This document shows, piece by piece, positions 1-9,761 of a stretch of 27,874 bases of DNA. The stretch spans positions 1 to 27,874 of the forward strand of contig JBBCAX010000342.1 of the NCBI GenBank assembly GCA_051382335.1, in the 5' to 3' direction. Position 1 is the first letter of the stretch. Every line of letters begins with the position of its first letter. The notes below the pieces were generated by a model. That model was not told where the DNA came from. It worked only from the letters and a program-made list of their open reading frames with translations, and did no database searches. The translations under genes were made by a program, and so were the position numbers. The DNA is from Deltaproteobacteria bacterium TL4. GTDB taxonomy: Bacteria > SAR324 > NAC60-12.

Positions 1-652
1 CTTCAAAGGACGGCACCATCGGAGACGAATGAGGTAACAACGACGCGGGCGCATTCCCTCGAAGCATCTCCATTTGCTGACTCATCAACGAAGCGAGTCC
101 TTGTTGCTGATGCTTCCAGGTTTCCAATTGTAACGTAAACAAACGATCCAAGGTGGAATTTGGAACAGGCGCACACTGAGTCGCAATTCCAGCGGCTGCC
201 TGCTGTGGCCTACCCGAATAAGATGGGATATTCGGTTTCACAGGATTGAAGGCAGCCTGCGCAGTAGCATCCCGGTCATCGGTCATCCTTAGAACCGGAT
301 TTTGACGAGGTTGCGTTGTTGGTACAGACCCCGAAATCTGACTTTTAGGTTCCGGCGCGGGAGGTTGGAATAAGGCCGCTGAGATCAACGGTTCTAAATA
401 ACTCGCCATTTTATTGAGGGTATCAATCTCCGTATAGAGGTCATTCAGTGACAAGGTTACCCCCAAATCCTGTTCCATATTTTCCTGGAGTTGAGTCAGC
501 ATCAACGAGTCCATTCCCATTTCAAAGACATTGGCATCCGGTGCCAAGTCCTCAAGAGCAATGCCTGAAATCTTGTTGATTTGCTGCTTTAAATTTTCCA
601 GGATGAGTTGATGTCGTGATTTTGGAGACTTTAATGAGAGTTGGCTGGACAT
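1..652 (-). CDS. N-terminal part of a PKS/NRPS-type multidomain protein (ACP domain plus linker), runs off the window edge
   Basis: Hand translation from ATG at 652: MSSQLSLKSPKSRHQLILENLKQQINKISGIALEDLAPDANVFEMGMDSLMLTQLQENMEQDLGVTLSLNDLYTEIDTLNKMASYLE...LASLMSQQMEMLRG..., open to position 1. FEMGMDSL is a phosphopantetheine attachment motif. Confidence 0.85.
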   Translation of the reverse strand, partial: MSSQLSLKSPKSRHQLILENLKQQINKISGIALEDLAPDANVFEMGMDSLMLTQLQENMEQDLGVTLSLNDLYTEIDTLNKMASYLEPLISAALFQPPAPEPKSQISGSVPTTQPRQNPVLRMTDDRDATAQAAFNPVKPNIPSYSGRPQQAAAGIATQCAPVPNSTLDRLFTLQLETWKHQQQGLASLMSQQMEMLRGNAPASLLPHSSPMVPSFE

Positions 653-793
653 GGTTATTTTTCGATGAGTAAATTAATAATTGGATTAAATGGATAGCCC
701 CTTTTACTCTTTCCTTTCGAGTAAATTCAATCAACTTAGTCGGACAAATTTAGATTTTAAGCACCTTTTTTTATTTTTCGTAACGGCGCCCCC

Positions 794-833
794 ATATCAG
801 TCGTTGCTGATGGCAATTACCAAAGATCCAAAA
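794..833 (+). repeat. 40-bp direct repeat, copy 1
   Basis: ATATCAGTCGTTGCTGATGGCAATTACCAAAGATCCAAAA, identical to 10645-10684. Confidence 0.95.
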
Positions 834-934
834 ATAAAGTAGCCCGTGAGCCTTTAAAAAGTAAAGCTCATTCCAGCTACAAAAAAATTGAATCTTTTAA
901 AAAAGCGATCTATAGCTGTTCAGAAAATTAACGA

Positions 935-990
935 CACAGTAGAAGAGGCGTCTCGCCTCTTTCAAGGAGCGGGACGCTCCTTCTACTGTG
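935..990. repeat. REP-like inverted pair (GTAG foot)
   Basis: CACAGTAGAAG...CTTCTACTGTG outer inverted repeat with two internal GC hairpins (AGAGGCG/CGCCTCT, GGAGCG/CGCTCC). Confidence 0.75.
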
Positions 991-1196
991 AATTTATTTA
1001 TTCCTCACAGAAATAATTTTCAGCAAGAATATTTTCCCTTGACCTTCAATTTTATGTTTGCAATGAACTCTGTAGATGCTTTAAGGTCACATTTTACTTT
1101 ATATTTTTCATTTTCCAGGGGGACTTCATGAAAATATTCTGGGGAAGCATTATGATCTTTTTTTTATTGACAGTTAACACCACGCATGGCACCTCA

Positions 1197-1260
<64 letters not shown>

Positions 1261-1313
1261 AATTAAGCCCTCTGAAATATTTTTTCTTTTCCGTGATCTT
1301 TGGTTTCCCTCAT

Positions 1314-1392
1314 TATATTTCTCCAGAAAAGTTTTGTCCTGGGAACGCGGGCATCCTGCCCGCAAAAGCAGGCGGGACGCCTGCGCTCCCAG
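1314..1392. repeat. Repeat family A (CTGG-foot REP pair with one MITE-like end)
   Basis: CCAGAAAAGTTTTGTCCTGGGAACGCGGGC...GCCTGCGCTCCCAG; similar to 10722-10825 and 1733-1807. Confidence 0.8.
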
Positions 1393-1415
1393 CCAAAAAT
1401 ACTTATCTGAAACAC

Positions 1416-1562
1416 TAGGGGAGTCTGTCCGAGAATGGGTTGGTAGGGTGCGCTTAAGCGAAGCGAGCGCACCAAAAAGCACCCAAAGCCCATTATTTTG
1501 GTGCGCTTCGCAAGCTCAGCAGCACCCTACACTTCATTTCGCTATTTTCTGACAGCCACCTA
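1416..1562. repeat. TA-bounded MITE-like element enclosing a GTAG REP pair
   Basis: Imperfect terminal IRs TAGGGGAGTCTGTCCGAGAAT / ATTTTCTGACAGCCACCTA; internal GTAGGGTGC...GCACCCTAC at 1443-1530. Confidence 0.65.
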
Positions 1563-1712
1563 GACTGTGGAGTGTCAAAGCTTGCTTTGACCAAAACCAA
1601 AAAAAGGCCTTCGCCTTTCTGGCCAAAGCAAGCTTTGGTACTCCTGAAACCGCGTTTTTAAACGCTCAGGCAACAGGCTGAGCTTTCTGAATTTATTTAA
1701 ATGAACAGCTAT
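1562..1712 (-). mobile_element. MITE family B, truncated inverted copy
   Basis: Reverse complement aligns with 19893-20046; one terminal IR (TTATTTAAATGAACAGCTAT) is retained. Confidence 0.85.
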
Positions 1713-1732
1713 CGCAGGGACGTAACGTCTCG

Positions 1733-1807
1733 GGGGGAGGGCGTCCCGCCCTCCGGTGAGGGCAAGATGCCCTCGCTCCCAGGACAAAACTTTCCTTGAG
1801 CACTCTA
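1733..1807 (-). repeat. Repeat family A, inverted partial copy
   Basis: Reverse complement nearly identical to about 10724-10795 (AGTGCTCAAGGAAAGTTTTG...GCCCTCACCGGAGGGCGGGACGCCCTC). Confidence 0.85.
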
Positions 1808-1832
1808 CATAACGTCAGTAATTGAGCCAAGA

Positions 1833-4085
1833 ATGAAACCGTTATCGCAACCAGTAAACGAACCGCAAGAACGCTTGCAGCCTTTAATGGAAGAGTTGAG
1901 CAGGAAACTGGACACCGAACAACTTCGACAATACAGCATGCCCTACCTCAGTGGCGTGCTGTGTCTTCTCGATTCAATTCAGGCGGTGCTCTCTTCACTA
2001 AAATTTCCTGTTTTTTTAAAAGTAATAGACCTTCTCAATCAGTTCATGGGGGACATTCTGGTTGAAAAGATGAGTTATTATAGCGGAATGTCTTATGTCC
2101 TGAATCTTTATGAACTATTTGAGGAGGCATGGTACTCATTGATAACCGGTCAGGAAAAATTTCCTGAACTGGAGCAAAATCTCCTCCGTTTGCGAAGCAT
2201 GTTCAACAGAGTGGACGTGGAAGGAATTATTCAAAGCACGGCTAACGAAGAAGCGACGATTCAGGTCCTGCGGGAAGATCTCAGAAAAGACACGGTCCTG
2301 TCAGATTTTGTCAGCGAGAGTCTGGAGGGCTTGGATGCGGTGGAAGCCACACTGCTGAGATTGGAAAATAATCCTGACCAGCTTGAACTGATCCAACCTG
2401 TTTTCCGCATGATCCATACGATCAAAGGAACCTCGGGATTCCTGGAACTTACCATCATCGGAACCCTGGCTCATCATTTGGAAGATCTGCTGGGGCAACT
2501 TCGGGACAGAACCCGCGTCTTTACGCTTCAGGTTTTTGAGGCTTGCCTTCACTCCGTGGATGTCCTCAAACAACTGATACAACAAGTGAGCGATCTTATT
2601 TATGAAGAGCCTCCTGTTCCTGTGAATGTCAAAGCCGCATATAAATTATTGAGCCTGTGTTTAGTCGCGGAAAAGAAGGTTCCAAGTTTCATTCCTGAGT
2701 TTGATAGCAACGCCTCTGCTTACATAAAACCGCTTGGAGCAATTCTGATAGAAAAAGGCATGGTTTCTCAGGAAGCGGTGAATGAGGCGCTTGAGGAACA
2801 AAACCGTCCCCTGGGGGAAATTCTGGTACAAAAGGGCATCGTTTCCCGTGAGGGCATGAACGCGGCGTTAACAGAACAGAGCACTCTTCCCAAGTCCTCT
2901 GGCAAAGAGGAAATGGTACGTGTCTCGTCTGCGAAATTGGATGAACTGGCGGAACTGATGGGTGAAATGGTGGTCGCGCTCTCCCTTTTGTCACAAAACA
3001 CGGAAATCGCGGCCGTTACCAGCAGAAGAACGCAGACTAACCGAAAAGCCCGTGAACGTCTCGAACAACTGGAAAAAGTCACCGAACATCTACGAGACCG
3101 GATTTTGGGTATGAGGATGTTCCCTGTCGGTTCCATTTTTAACAAACTCTCCCGCCAGGTTCGGGATCTGGCGCATAAATCAGGAAAACACGTCAACCTG
3201 TACTTTGAAGGCGAGGACACTTTGGTGGATAAAACCATTATTGATTCCATGTACTCTCCGCTGATGCATCTGGTCCGGAATGCCATTGATCATGGCCTTG
3301 AGTCCGCTGAGGAACGTCAAGAACAAGGAAAACCGACGGAAGGAAACCTCTACCTGCGAGCGCGACACCAGGGAGATTCCGTGATTCTGGAAATTGTGGA
3401 TGATGGCCGCGGTCTTCAAAGAGAGCTCATTTTGGCAAAAGCGATCAAACAAGGACTGCTCCGTCAGGGAGAAACCCTGACGGATCAACAGGTGTTTGCC
3501 TTTATTTTTCAGGCCGGGTTTTCCACAGCCAGCCAAGTGACTGATGTCTCGGGGCGAGGTGTGGGAATGGATGTCGTGAGACATGAAGTTGAAAAATTAC
3601 GTGGAAAAATCACGATCGAAAGCGCTCCTCATCAGGGAACTACTTTCACCATCCAGTTGCCGCTGACCACCTCCATCATTGAAGGTCTGGTGGTCAGGGT
3701 TGGAGACACTCGTTTTGTGATACCGATGCTGGATGCCAAACTAACCCATATTCCGAAACCCGAAGACCTGAAACGTATCCAGGGCGCGGAACAGGATCTA
3801 TTTCTCTTAGCTGGAGATTTGGTGCCCATTATCCGGCTGCATCAGTTCTATGCGCTGGAAAACGCGGTCACAGATCCCGCCAAAGCGGTCATGATCGTGG
3901 TTCAGGTTGAAAATAAAAAATATGGACTCATGACGGATGAATTATTACAGCGGCAACAGGTTGTCGTCAAAAATTTGGGAGATCGTTTTGCCCACCTCAA
4001 GGGAATCGCGGGTGGAACGATTTTGGGTGATGGGAGAATCGGTTTGATTCTCAATCCCCGCGAAGTGATAACCTGTCATCAATGA
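1833..4085 (+). CDS. cheA: Chemotaxis histidine kinase CheA
   Basis: Hpt FRMIHTIKGTSGFL, dimerisation VRVSSAKLDEL, HATPase PLMHLVRNAIDHG, DDGRG and SGRGVGMDVV, C-terminal CheW domain. Confidence 0.97.
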   Translation: MKPLSQPVNEPQERLQPLMEELSRKLDTEQLRQYSMPYLSGVLCLLDSIQAVLSSLKFPVFLKVIDLLNQFMGDILVEKMSYYSGMSYVLNLYELFEEAWYSLITGQEKFPELEQNLLRLRSMFNRVDVEGIIQSTANEEATIQVLREDLRKDTVLSDFVSESLEGLDAVEATLLRLENNPDQLELIQPVFRMIHTIKGTSGFLELTIIGTLAHHLEDLLGQLRDRTRVFTLQVFEACLHSVDVLKQLIQQVSDLIYEEPPVPVNVKAAYKLLSLCLVAEKKVPSFIPEFDSNASAYIKPLGAILIEKGMVSQEAVNEALEEQNRPLGEILVQKGIVSREGMNAALTEQSTLPKSSGKEEMVRVSSAKLDELAELMGEMVVALSLLSQNTEIAAVTSRRTQTNRKARERLEQLEKVTEHLRDRILGMRMFPVGSIFNKLSRQVRDLAHKSGKHVNLYFEGEDTLVDKTIIDSMYSPLMHLVRNAIDHGLESAEERQEQGKPTEGNLYLRARHQGDSVILEIVDDGRGLQRELILAKAIKQGLLRQGETLTDQQVFAFIFQAGFSTASQVTDVSGRGVGMDVVRHEVEKLRGKITIESAPHQGTTFTIQLPLTTSIIEGLVVRVGDTRFVIPMLDAKLTHIPKPEDLKRIQGAEQDLFLLAGDLVPIIRLHQFYALENAVTDPAKAVMIVVQVENKKYGLMTDELLQRQQVVVKNLGDRFAHLKGIAGGTILGDGRIGLILNPREVITCHQ

Positions 4086-4141
4086 AAGTTATCGGGGGAT
4101 GTCCCGTTGTCTTTTGAAACTAAACCGATAAAGGAGATTAA

Positions 4142-4630
4142 ATGGCTAAACAAGGAGCTTTATTTGAAACATCAGGAGGAAAACTGCTGACGTTCGCTTT
4201 GGCGGAGCAGGAATATGGGATCCCAATCCTGGAAACACGGGAGGTCGTAGGCCTCATGCCCATTGAAAGTGTGCCGCAAACCCCGCCCTTTGTCAAAGGT
4301 GTGATCAATTTACGAGGTAAAATCATTCCGGTGATTAGCCTGCGCAGTAAGTTTAACAAGCCTGAACAGGAATTTTGTAAAGAAACCTGCATCGTGGTAG
4401 TGGATATCCACAATACACTGACTGGAATGATCGCGGATTCGTTGTCAGGCGTGCTGACCGTTCAGGTTGACGCTTTTGAAGAACGTCCCCAGATGGGACA
4501 CAATGTTCGTACCGAGTTTATCGTCGGCATGGTCAAACAGGGAAAGCGCGTCATTATTGTGTTGGATATGGAAAAAATACTAGCCAACGAAGATTTGGCA
4601 TTCATTAAAACTACAAAGGAGGAAATATGA
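4142..4630 (+). CDS. cheW: Chemotaxis coupling protein CheW
   Basis: LTFALAEQEYGIPI and VPQTPPFVKGVINLRGKIIPVISLR; AAGGAG RBS. Confidence 0.97.
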   Translation: MAKQGALFETSGGKLLTFALAEQEYGIPILETREVVGLMPIESVPQTPPFVKGVINLRGKIIPVISLRSKFNKPEQEFCKETCIVVVDIHNTLTGMIADSLSGVLTVQVDAFEERPQMGHNVRTEFIVGMVKQGKRVIIVLDMEKILANEDLAFIKTTKEEI

Positions 4631-6600
4631 AAATGACCATTGGTATGAAAATAGGCTCAGGTTTTGGACTCATCACGGTATTACTGATTATCTTAAGCGC
4701 CATCGGCATCACTCAATTAAAGACCGTTGATGAAATCTACTCAGTCGATGTGACAAAGCAGACTAACATTGCGATTCAAGCAATACATGTTGTTGATCAA
4801 ATGATGGATATAACGGTCCTGGTTAAAACTTTTCTCATTGATCTTGAGATGAAGGATGCTGAAAAGGCTCAGCGACAAGCGGATGAGACACTCAAAACCA
4901 TTGACAAGATCCTGGCGCTTGGTCTTAAAAAAGAAGATCAGGATCGCCTCGAAAAAGTCCAGGGACACCTCAAGCGTTGGACGGAGATTTTTAACACAAT
5001 CGTTAAAGCGGAGGTTGAGAAAGGACTCACCGCAAATCAAGGCTTGAGAGCAAGCCTCACCAATGCAGCGTCAAAACTGGAGGAATCCCTAAAATCCACC
5101 TTGGGAGAGGCGGGGAATGTTTTGACCTTGAGCCTGGAGAAGGATGAAAAAATCTATTTACTGAAGCAAAACACCGCTTCGGCTGAAGCGTTTATTTCCG
5201 AAGTAGGGAAAACCAGAGCCAAAATTGAGCAGTCTCAACTCTCGGAAAGTGTTAAAAATCCCATAAGGAATAGCCTGGAGGATTATCTTAAAACCTTTAA
5301 TGCCCTGCTAGCCATGGATCGTATCCTTGAGGAGAATATTAAGAAAAACGCTCAGGAGTTGTCGAGTGCGGACGATCTTGCAAATGAGGCATCAAAAGTA
5401 GCAGAGATCTTGGCAAATGAACAACGTGAATATGCCGATGCTATTGCTCATACAGCCACAACGCTCTTATGGATTGTGAGTGTTCTGGCGGTGGCACTCG
5501 GGTTCGTGTTTGGTGTTTATCTGACGATCAACATCAGGGGGTTATTGACTTCATTGATCTCCGATCTATCGAACTCCGCCACGCAGTTAGCTTCAGCTTC
5601 TCAGCAGATTTCTGATAGTTCCCAACAACTCTCTTCAGGAGCCACGGAACAAGCCGCGAGTTTGGAGGAAACTTCGAGTTCCATGGAAGAGGTTTCCAGT
5701 CAAACCAAGGAAAACGCTGATAACGCAACCTCAGTCGCGGTTTCGATGGCGAGCATCTCCGCTAGTGTGAAGCAGGTCGCGGAGGACTCCAAAATCACAG
5801 CGGCGCTCTCCGAGGAATCCAGACAAGCCGCTGAAAATGGCGCTAAGTCCATGCAGGATATTCGTCAGGGCAGCGATAAAATTACTGAAATCATTGAAGT
5901 CATCAATGACATCACCATTCAAACCAAAATGTTGGCAACCAATGCCGCCATTGAAGCCGCACGGGCTGGAGACCAGGGCAAAGGTTTCGCGGTGGTCGCG
6001 GATGAGGTTTCCAAACTTGCGGAACACTCCAAAACCGCGGCGAAAGATATTGCCACCTTGATCAGGGAAAGCGCCAGCAAATCACGGGAAGGCGAAATTT
6101 TGCTGCAGGATATCCTCACGAAATCGGTGAAAGTAGCGGGGTTGGTTGGAAACATCGCTCATGCGACCAATGAGCAGGCGGAGAAGGTCGGACACGCGGA
6201 GAATATGATTAACAGCATCAAGCTGGCTTCGGTTCAGCAAGCTGATGGGGTGGAACAAGTGACCCGCGCGTTGATGGATATGGACAAAGTCACTCAGTCA
6301 AACGCCGCTAATGCCGAACAAACCGCCAGCGCCGCTGAAGAACTTGCGGGACAGGCGCAAATGCTCAGTGAAATCGTGGCTGAGGTGTCCACCCATGTAG
6401 GGATCAAAGGAGCCTTGGCGGGAAGTGGTTCCCGTGTCCGCTTGGCTCAGAAGGGGTATAAACCTCATAGTCCAGTCCACAAAAATCTGACGTCTTCAAG
6501 GTCGCATAGTTCCTCTCATACGCTTGTGTTAGCAAGGAATGATCAGCGGATCAAACCCACGGACGCCATACCGCAACAGGAAGACTTCAAGGAGTTTTAA
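4627..6600 (+). CDS. Methyl-accepting chemotaxis protein
   Basis: Two TM helices flanking a ~250-aa helical periplasmic domain; tip QTKMLATNAAIEAARAGDQGKGFAVVADEV; methylation helices EQAASLEETSSSMEE; C-terminal xFxxF pentapeptide DFKEF. Confidence 0.97.
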   Translation: MKMTIGMKIGSGFGLITVLLIILSAIGITQLKTVDEIYSVDVTKQTNIAIQAIHVVDQMMDITVLVKTFLIDLEMKDAEKAQRQADETLKTIDKILALGLKKEDQDRLEKVQGHLKRWTEIFNTIVKAEVEKGLTANQGLRASLTNAASKLEESLKSTLGEAGNVLTLSLEKDEKIYLLKQNTASAEAFISEVGKTRAKIEQSQLSESVKNPIRNSLEDYLKTFNALLAMDRILEENIKKNAQELSSADDLANEASKVAEILANEQREYADAIAHTATTLLWIVSVLAVALGFVFGVYLTINIRGLLTSLISDLSNSATQLASASQQISDSSQQLSSGATEQAASLEETSSSMEEVSSQTKENADNATSVAVSMASISASVKQVAEDSKITAALSEESRQAAENGAKSMQDIRQGSDKITEIIEVINDITIQTKMLATNAAIEAARAGDQGKGFAVVADEVSKLAEHSKTAAKDIATLIRESASKSREGEILLQDILTKSVKVAGLVGNIAHATNEQAEKVGHAENMINSIKLASVQQADGVEQVTRALMDMDKVTQSNAANAEQTASAAEELAGQAQMLSEIVAEVSTHVGIKGALAGSGSRVRLAQKGYKPHSPVHKNLTSSRSHSSSHTLVLARNDQRIKPTDAIPQQEDFKEF

Positions 6601-7431
6601 TTGGGGATCGAACCTTTGTTGGAAATGGATGACACGGAGTTTGGACTCTTTAGCAAGTTGATCTATAATAGCTGTGGCATCCATCTCGGAGAGAGTAAGA
6701 AATCGTTGTTGATCTCCCGGTTGAGCAAACGTATGAGGGAACTGGGATGCGCTTCCTTCCATGAGTATCGCCGACTGGTGAGTGAGGACGCATCAGGAAA
6801 AGAAAGGGTTTTGCTGATCGATGCCATTTCAACCAACAAAACTGATTTTTTTCGAGAGCCGCAGCATTTCGATTTTTTACAAGAGGAGGTTTATCCTACC
6901 CTGTTGAAACGTCGCGTCATTCGTTTGTGGAGTTCAGCCTGTTCCACGGGAGAGGAACCTTACACCCTGGCCATCCATCTTCTGAAAAATCTGGGTACAG
7001 CAGGACCGAAGGGGCGGGATATCAAGATCCTGGCCACGGATATTTCCACCAAGGTGTTGGCGGCGGCAGTACAGGGCGTTTTCTCTGAGGATAAAATCAG
7101 TGTGTTGCCCAAAGACCTGCTTCACACTTATTTTCTGCAGGGAATGAACCAGTGGTCGGATTACTACATGATCAAAAATCAGGTGAAGCAAATGATTCGT
7201 TTTCGACGGCTTAATCTGGTTGAGGAATTTCCACTCACCGCGAAGTTTGATGTCATCTTTTGCCGCAATGTCATGATCTACTTTGATAAGTTCACCCAGG
7301 CTCAATTGATTCAAAAATTCAGTCGGCAGTTAGCGCCAGGGGGTTATTTGTTAATCGGGCATTCCGAAAGCCTGAATGGAATTCCGAATTCCCTGCAATA
7401 TGTGCGGTCAACGATTTATCGCAAATTATAG
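6601..7431 (+). CDS. cheR: Chemotaxis methyltransferase CheR (start may be the ATG at 6625)
   Basis: TNKTDFFREPQHF, WSSACSTGEEPYTLA, ILATDIS, FDVIFCRNVMIYF, GHSESL. Confidence 0.97.
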   Translation: MGIEPLLEMDDTEFGLFSKLIYNSCGIHLGESKKSLLISRLSKRMRELGCASFHEYRRLVSEDASGKERVLLIDAISTNKTDFFREPQHFDFLQEEVYPTLLKRRVIRLWSSACSTGEEPYTLAIHLLKNLGTAGPKGRDIKILATDISTKVLAAAVQGVFSEDKISVLPKDLLHTYFLQGMNQWSDYYMIKNQVKQMIRFRRLNLVEEFPLTAKFDVIFCRNVMIYFDKFTQAQLIQKFSRQLAPGGYLLIGHSESLNGIPNSLQYVRSTIYRKL

Positions 7432-7445
7432 AGATCCGGAATACT

Positions 7446-8591
7446 ATGAGCTACTATCAGGATTACAAGAGCGATAAACTCACTACCATTCTACTGCCGG
7501 GGGAGGTGTTAGTGACGCAGAAGGATATGGTGATCAGCACGGTGCTGGGCTCCTGTGTGGCTGTCTGTTTGTGGGATGAAAAACACCGTCTGGGAGGCAT
7601 GAATCATGTCATGCTGCCGGTATGTGGAGAACAAGAGGTCCCAACTACCAAATTCGCGAATGTGTCCACTTTTGTGCTGTGTCATTTGCTGAAGGACAAA
7701 GGTCTTCAGCTCCGCTCGTTATCTGCCAGGGTTTTTGGCGGGGCGGATTCCCGGACGGAGGCCGCCAAACAATTGGTTGGAAGTGTGGGGCTTAGAAATC
7801 TGGAGGTGACCTTCGCTGTTTTGCAACGCCTGGGCCTTCCCGTTACAGGGCAAGACATTGGAGGAGGTCAAGGGCGAAAAATCTGGTTTGACGTGGGTTC
7901 TGGAAAAATCAAAATGGTGTATCTGACAAAATATGATTTCACGAGGGAAACGCGGACACTCTTCAAAACGAGTGAAAATCCCACTTTGGAGAGCCTATCC
8001 TCCCGACCGGTTGGCACGCCCAGGGTCATAGCCATTGGAGCTTCAACGGGAGGAACCGAGGCGATCAATAAAATCCTGGCGGGGTTACCCCCGAAAACTC
8101 CAGGCATCGTGATCGCTCAACATATGCCTGAGGCGTTTACGCCTATGTTTGCGGAACGTTTGAATCAAAACTCCCAAATGGAAGTGCGAGAAGCGAGAAA
8201 TGGAGATGAGGTCCGTGAGGGCTTGGCCCTGCTGGCTCCAGGAAATCAACACATGGAACTCAAACTTAAAAACTCCCAATATTACGTGATGTTGAGTCAG
8301 GGGCCCAAAGTGTGTCGGCATCGACCTTCGATTGATGTGCTGTTCAAGTCTGTAGCCGAGACTGCGGGCAAACAGGCGTTGGGGGTTTTATTGACGGGCA
8401 TGGGCTATGATGGAGCACAGGGATTGCTCACGGTGCGTAAACAGGGAGCGATTACCCTGGTACAGGATGAAGCCAGTTCTGTAGTGTTTGGAATGAACAA
8501 GGCCGCCATTGAGTTGGGTGGAGCGCAACAGATTCTTTCTTTGTCAGAAATCGCGTCCAGGCTCTCAACTTTTTCCTTCGTTAAAAACTGA
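7446..8591 (+). CDS. cheB: CheD deamidase fused to CheB methylesterase catalytic domain, no receiver domain
   Basis: aa 1-160 CheD (PGE, TVLGSCVAVCLWD, GGMNHVMLP, VFGGA, VGLRN); aa 193-381 CheB (IGASTGG, QHMP, HRPSIDVLF, LTGMGYDGA); single uninterrupted frame. Confidence 0.93.
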   Translation: MSYYQDYKSDKLTTILLPGEVLVTQKDMVISTVLGSCVAVCLWDEKHRLGGMNHVMLPVCGEQEVPTTKFANVSTFVLCHLLKDKGLQLRSLSARVFGGADSRTEAAKQLVGSVGLRNLEVTFAVLQRLGLPVTGQDIGGGQGRKIWFDVGSGKIKMVYLTKYDFTRETRTLFKTSENPTLESLSSRPVGTPRVIAIGASTGGTEAINKILAGLPPKTPGIVIAQHMPEAFTPMFAERLNQNSQMEVREARNGDEVREGLALLAPGNQHMELKLKNSQYYVMLSQGPKVCRHRPSIDVLFKSVAETAGKQALGVLLTGMGYDGAQGLLTVRKQGAITLVQDEASSVVFGMNKAAIELGGAQQILSLSEIASRLSTFSFVKN

Positions 8592-9757
8592 TGACTCACA
8601 AGCCGACTTTAAGCAACGATCCCGCGACAACCACGGCCTTACCATCTCGGATTCTGGTGGTGGATGATGAGTTAGACGTGCGGAAATTTTTTACCAGTTA
8701 TTTGCAAAGAAGAACCTCCTATCAGGTAGAATCTGCTGTCGATGGCAGAGAAGCCCTGGAAAAATATTTGAGCGTGAAAGCTTCCGATCAGGTCTATCAT
8801 CTCCTGCTGGTTGATTTGAACATGCCACGGATGGATGGAGAAACCCTCATTCGGGAAATTCGTAAAATAGATACCTACCTCGCGATCATTGTTCTTACAG
8901 GTCATGGCGATTTAACCAAAGCGTTTGAATTGCTGAAAGACTGTCAAATTTTCGATTATCTGACTAAACCTGTGCATCCACCTGAGCACCTTTTGTTTTC
9001 CATTGAAAGTGCCCTGGATAAGCAACGACTTCTGCGTCAAAATCAGGAACTCTGGCAATTGGATCGAATGAAAGATGATTTGACCGCGATGATTTCGCAT
9101 GAATTCAGGACGCCTCTTACCTCCATTATAGGCTACACCGAGGCTTTGCGGGAGTGTCCCACCACACAGGTACAGCAGCAGCAATTTCTGGCTATTATTT
9201 TTGAAGAAGCAGAGCGTTTGGAACGTCTGGTGAAAAATATTTTGGAGATCTCCCATTTTTCTCAAGGGAAACTGGAACTCCAACTGACAGAGCTCGAATT
9301 GGAGGCCCTCCTTCAAAAAGTGACTTCTATCCTAAAATGTTTGATCTTCGAAAAAGAGATTATTCTTGAATGGCAGACAACTCCTGTTCGTTTTGAGGGA
9401 GACGCTGATCGTATGGAGCAGGTTTTGATCAATTTACTTGACAATGCGATCAAATTTTCGCCTAAAAGAGGAAGGATTACCCTCTGTTGTGAACCAGCCC
9501 CGCACCAATTTAAGGTTTCCATTCAGGATCAGGGGCAGGGGATTGCTGAAGATGAACTGGAAAAAGTGTTTACACGTTATTATCAGAGTCATCGGCATCA
9601 ATCAGAAATCAAAGGCAACGGTTTAGGACTCAGCATTGCCAAATATATTATCGACGCTCATCAGGGCGTGATTTGGGCAGAGAATATTGGGAAAGGCGCG
9701 AAATTCTGTTTTACGCTCCCCTTGAAGCAAACGAATATCCATCATAAGGAGGAATAA
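8591..9757 (+). CDS. Cytoplasmic hybrid histidine kinase (REC-HisKA-HATPase)
   Basis: ILVVDDE, DLNMP and LTKP receiver motifs; SHEFRTPLT H-box; NLLDNAIKF, DQGQGI, GNGLGLSI; start overlaps the upstream stop. Confidence 0.95.
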   Translation: MTHKPTLSNDPATTTALPSRILVVDDELDVRKFFTSYLQRRTSYQVESAVDGREALEKYLSVKASDQVYHLLLVDLNMPRMDGETLIREIRKIDTYLAIIVLTGHGDLTKAFELLKDCQIFDYLTKPVHPPEHLLFSIESALDKQRLLRQNQELWQLDRMKDDLTAMISHEFRTPLTSIIGYTEALRECPTTQVQQQQFLAIIFEEAERLERLVKNILEISHFSQGKLELQLTELELEALLQKVTSILKCLIFEKEIILEWQTTPVRFEGDADRMEQVLINLLDNAIKFSPKRGRITLCCEPAPHQFKVSIQDQGQGIAEDELEKVFTRYYQSHRHQSEIKGNGLGLSIAKYIIDAHQGVIWAENIGKGAKFCFTLPLKQTNIHHKEE

Positions 9758-9761
9758 AACT

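Noticed and set aside
552..734. 60-aa minus-strand ORF
   Set aside because: Overlaps the ACP-containing gene in another frame and has no motif.
4120..4131. Sigma28-like CCGATAA before cheW
   Set aside because: No TAAA -35 at the right spacing, and it abuts the RBS.
2261..9626. Numerous antisense and alternate-frame ORFs inside the che genes
   Set aside because: Shadows of well-supported genes, with no motifs.
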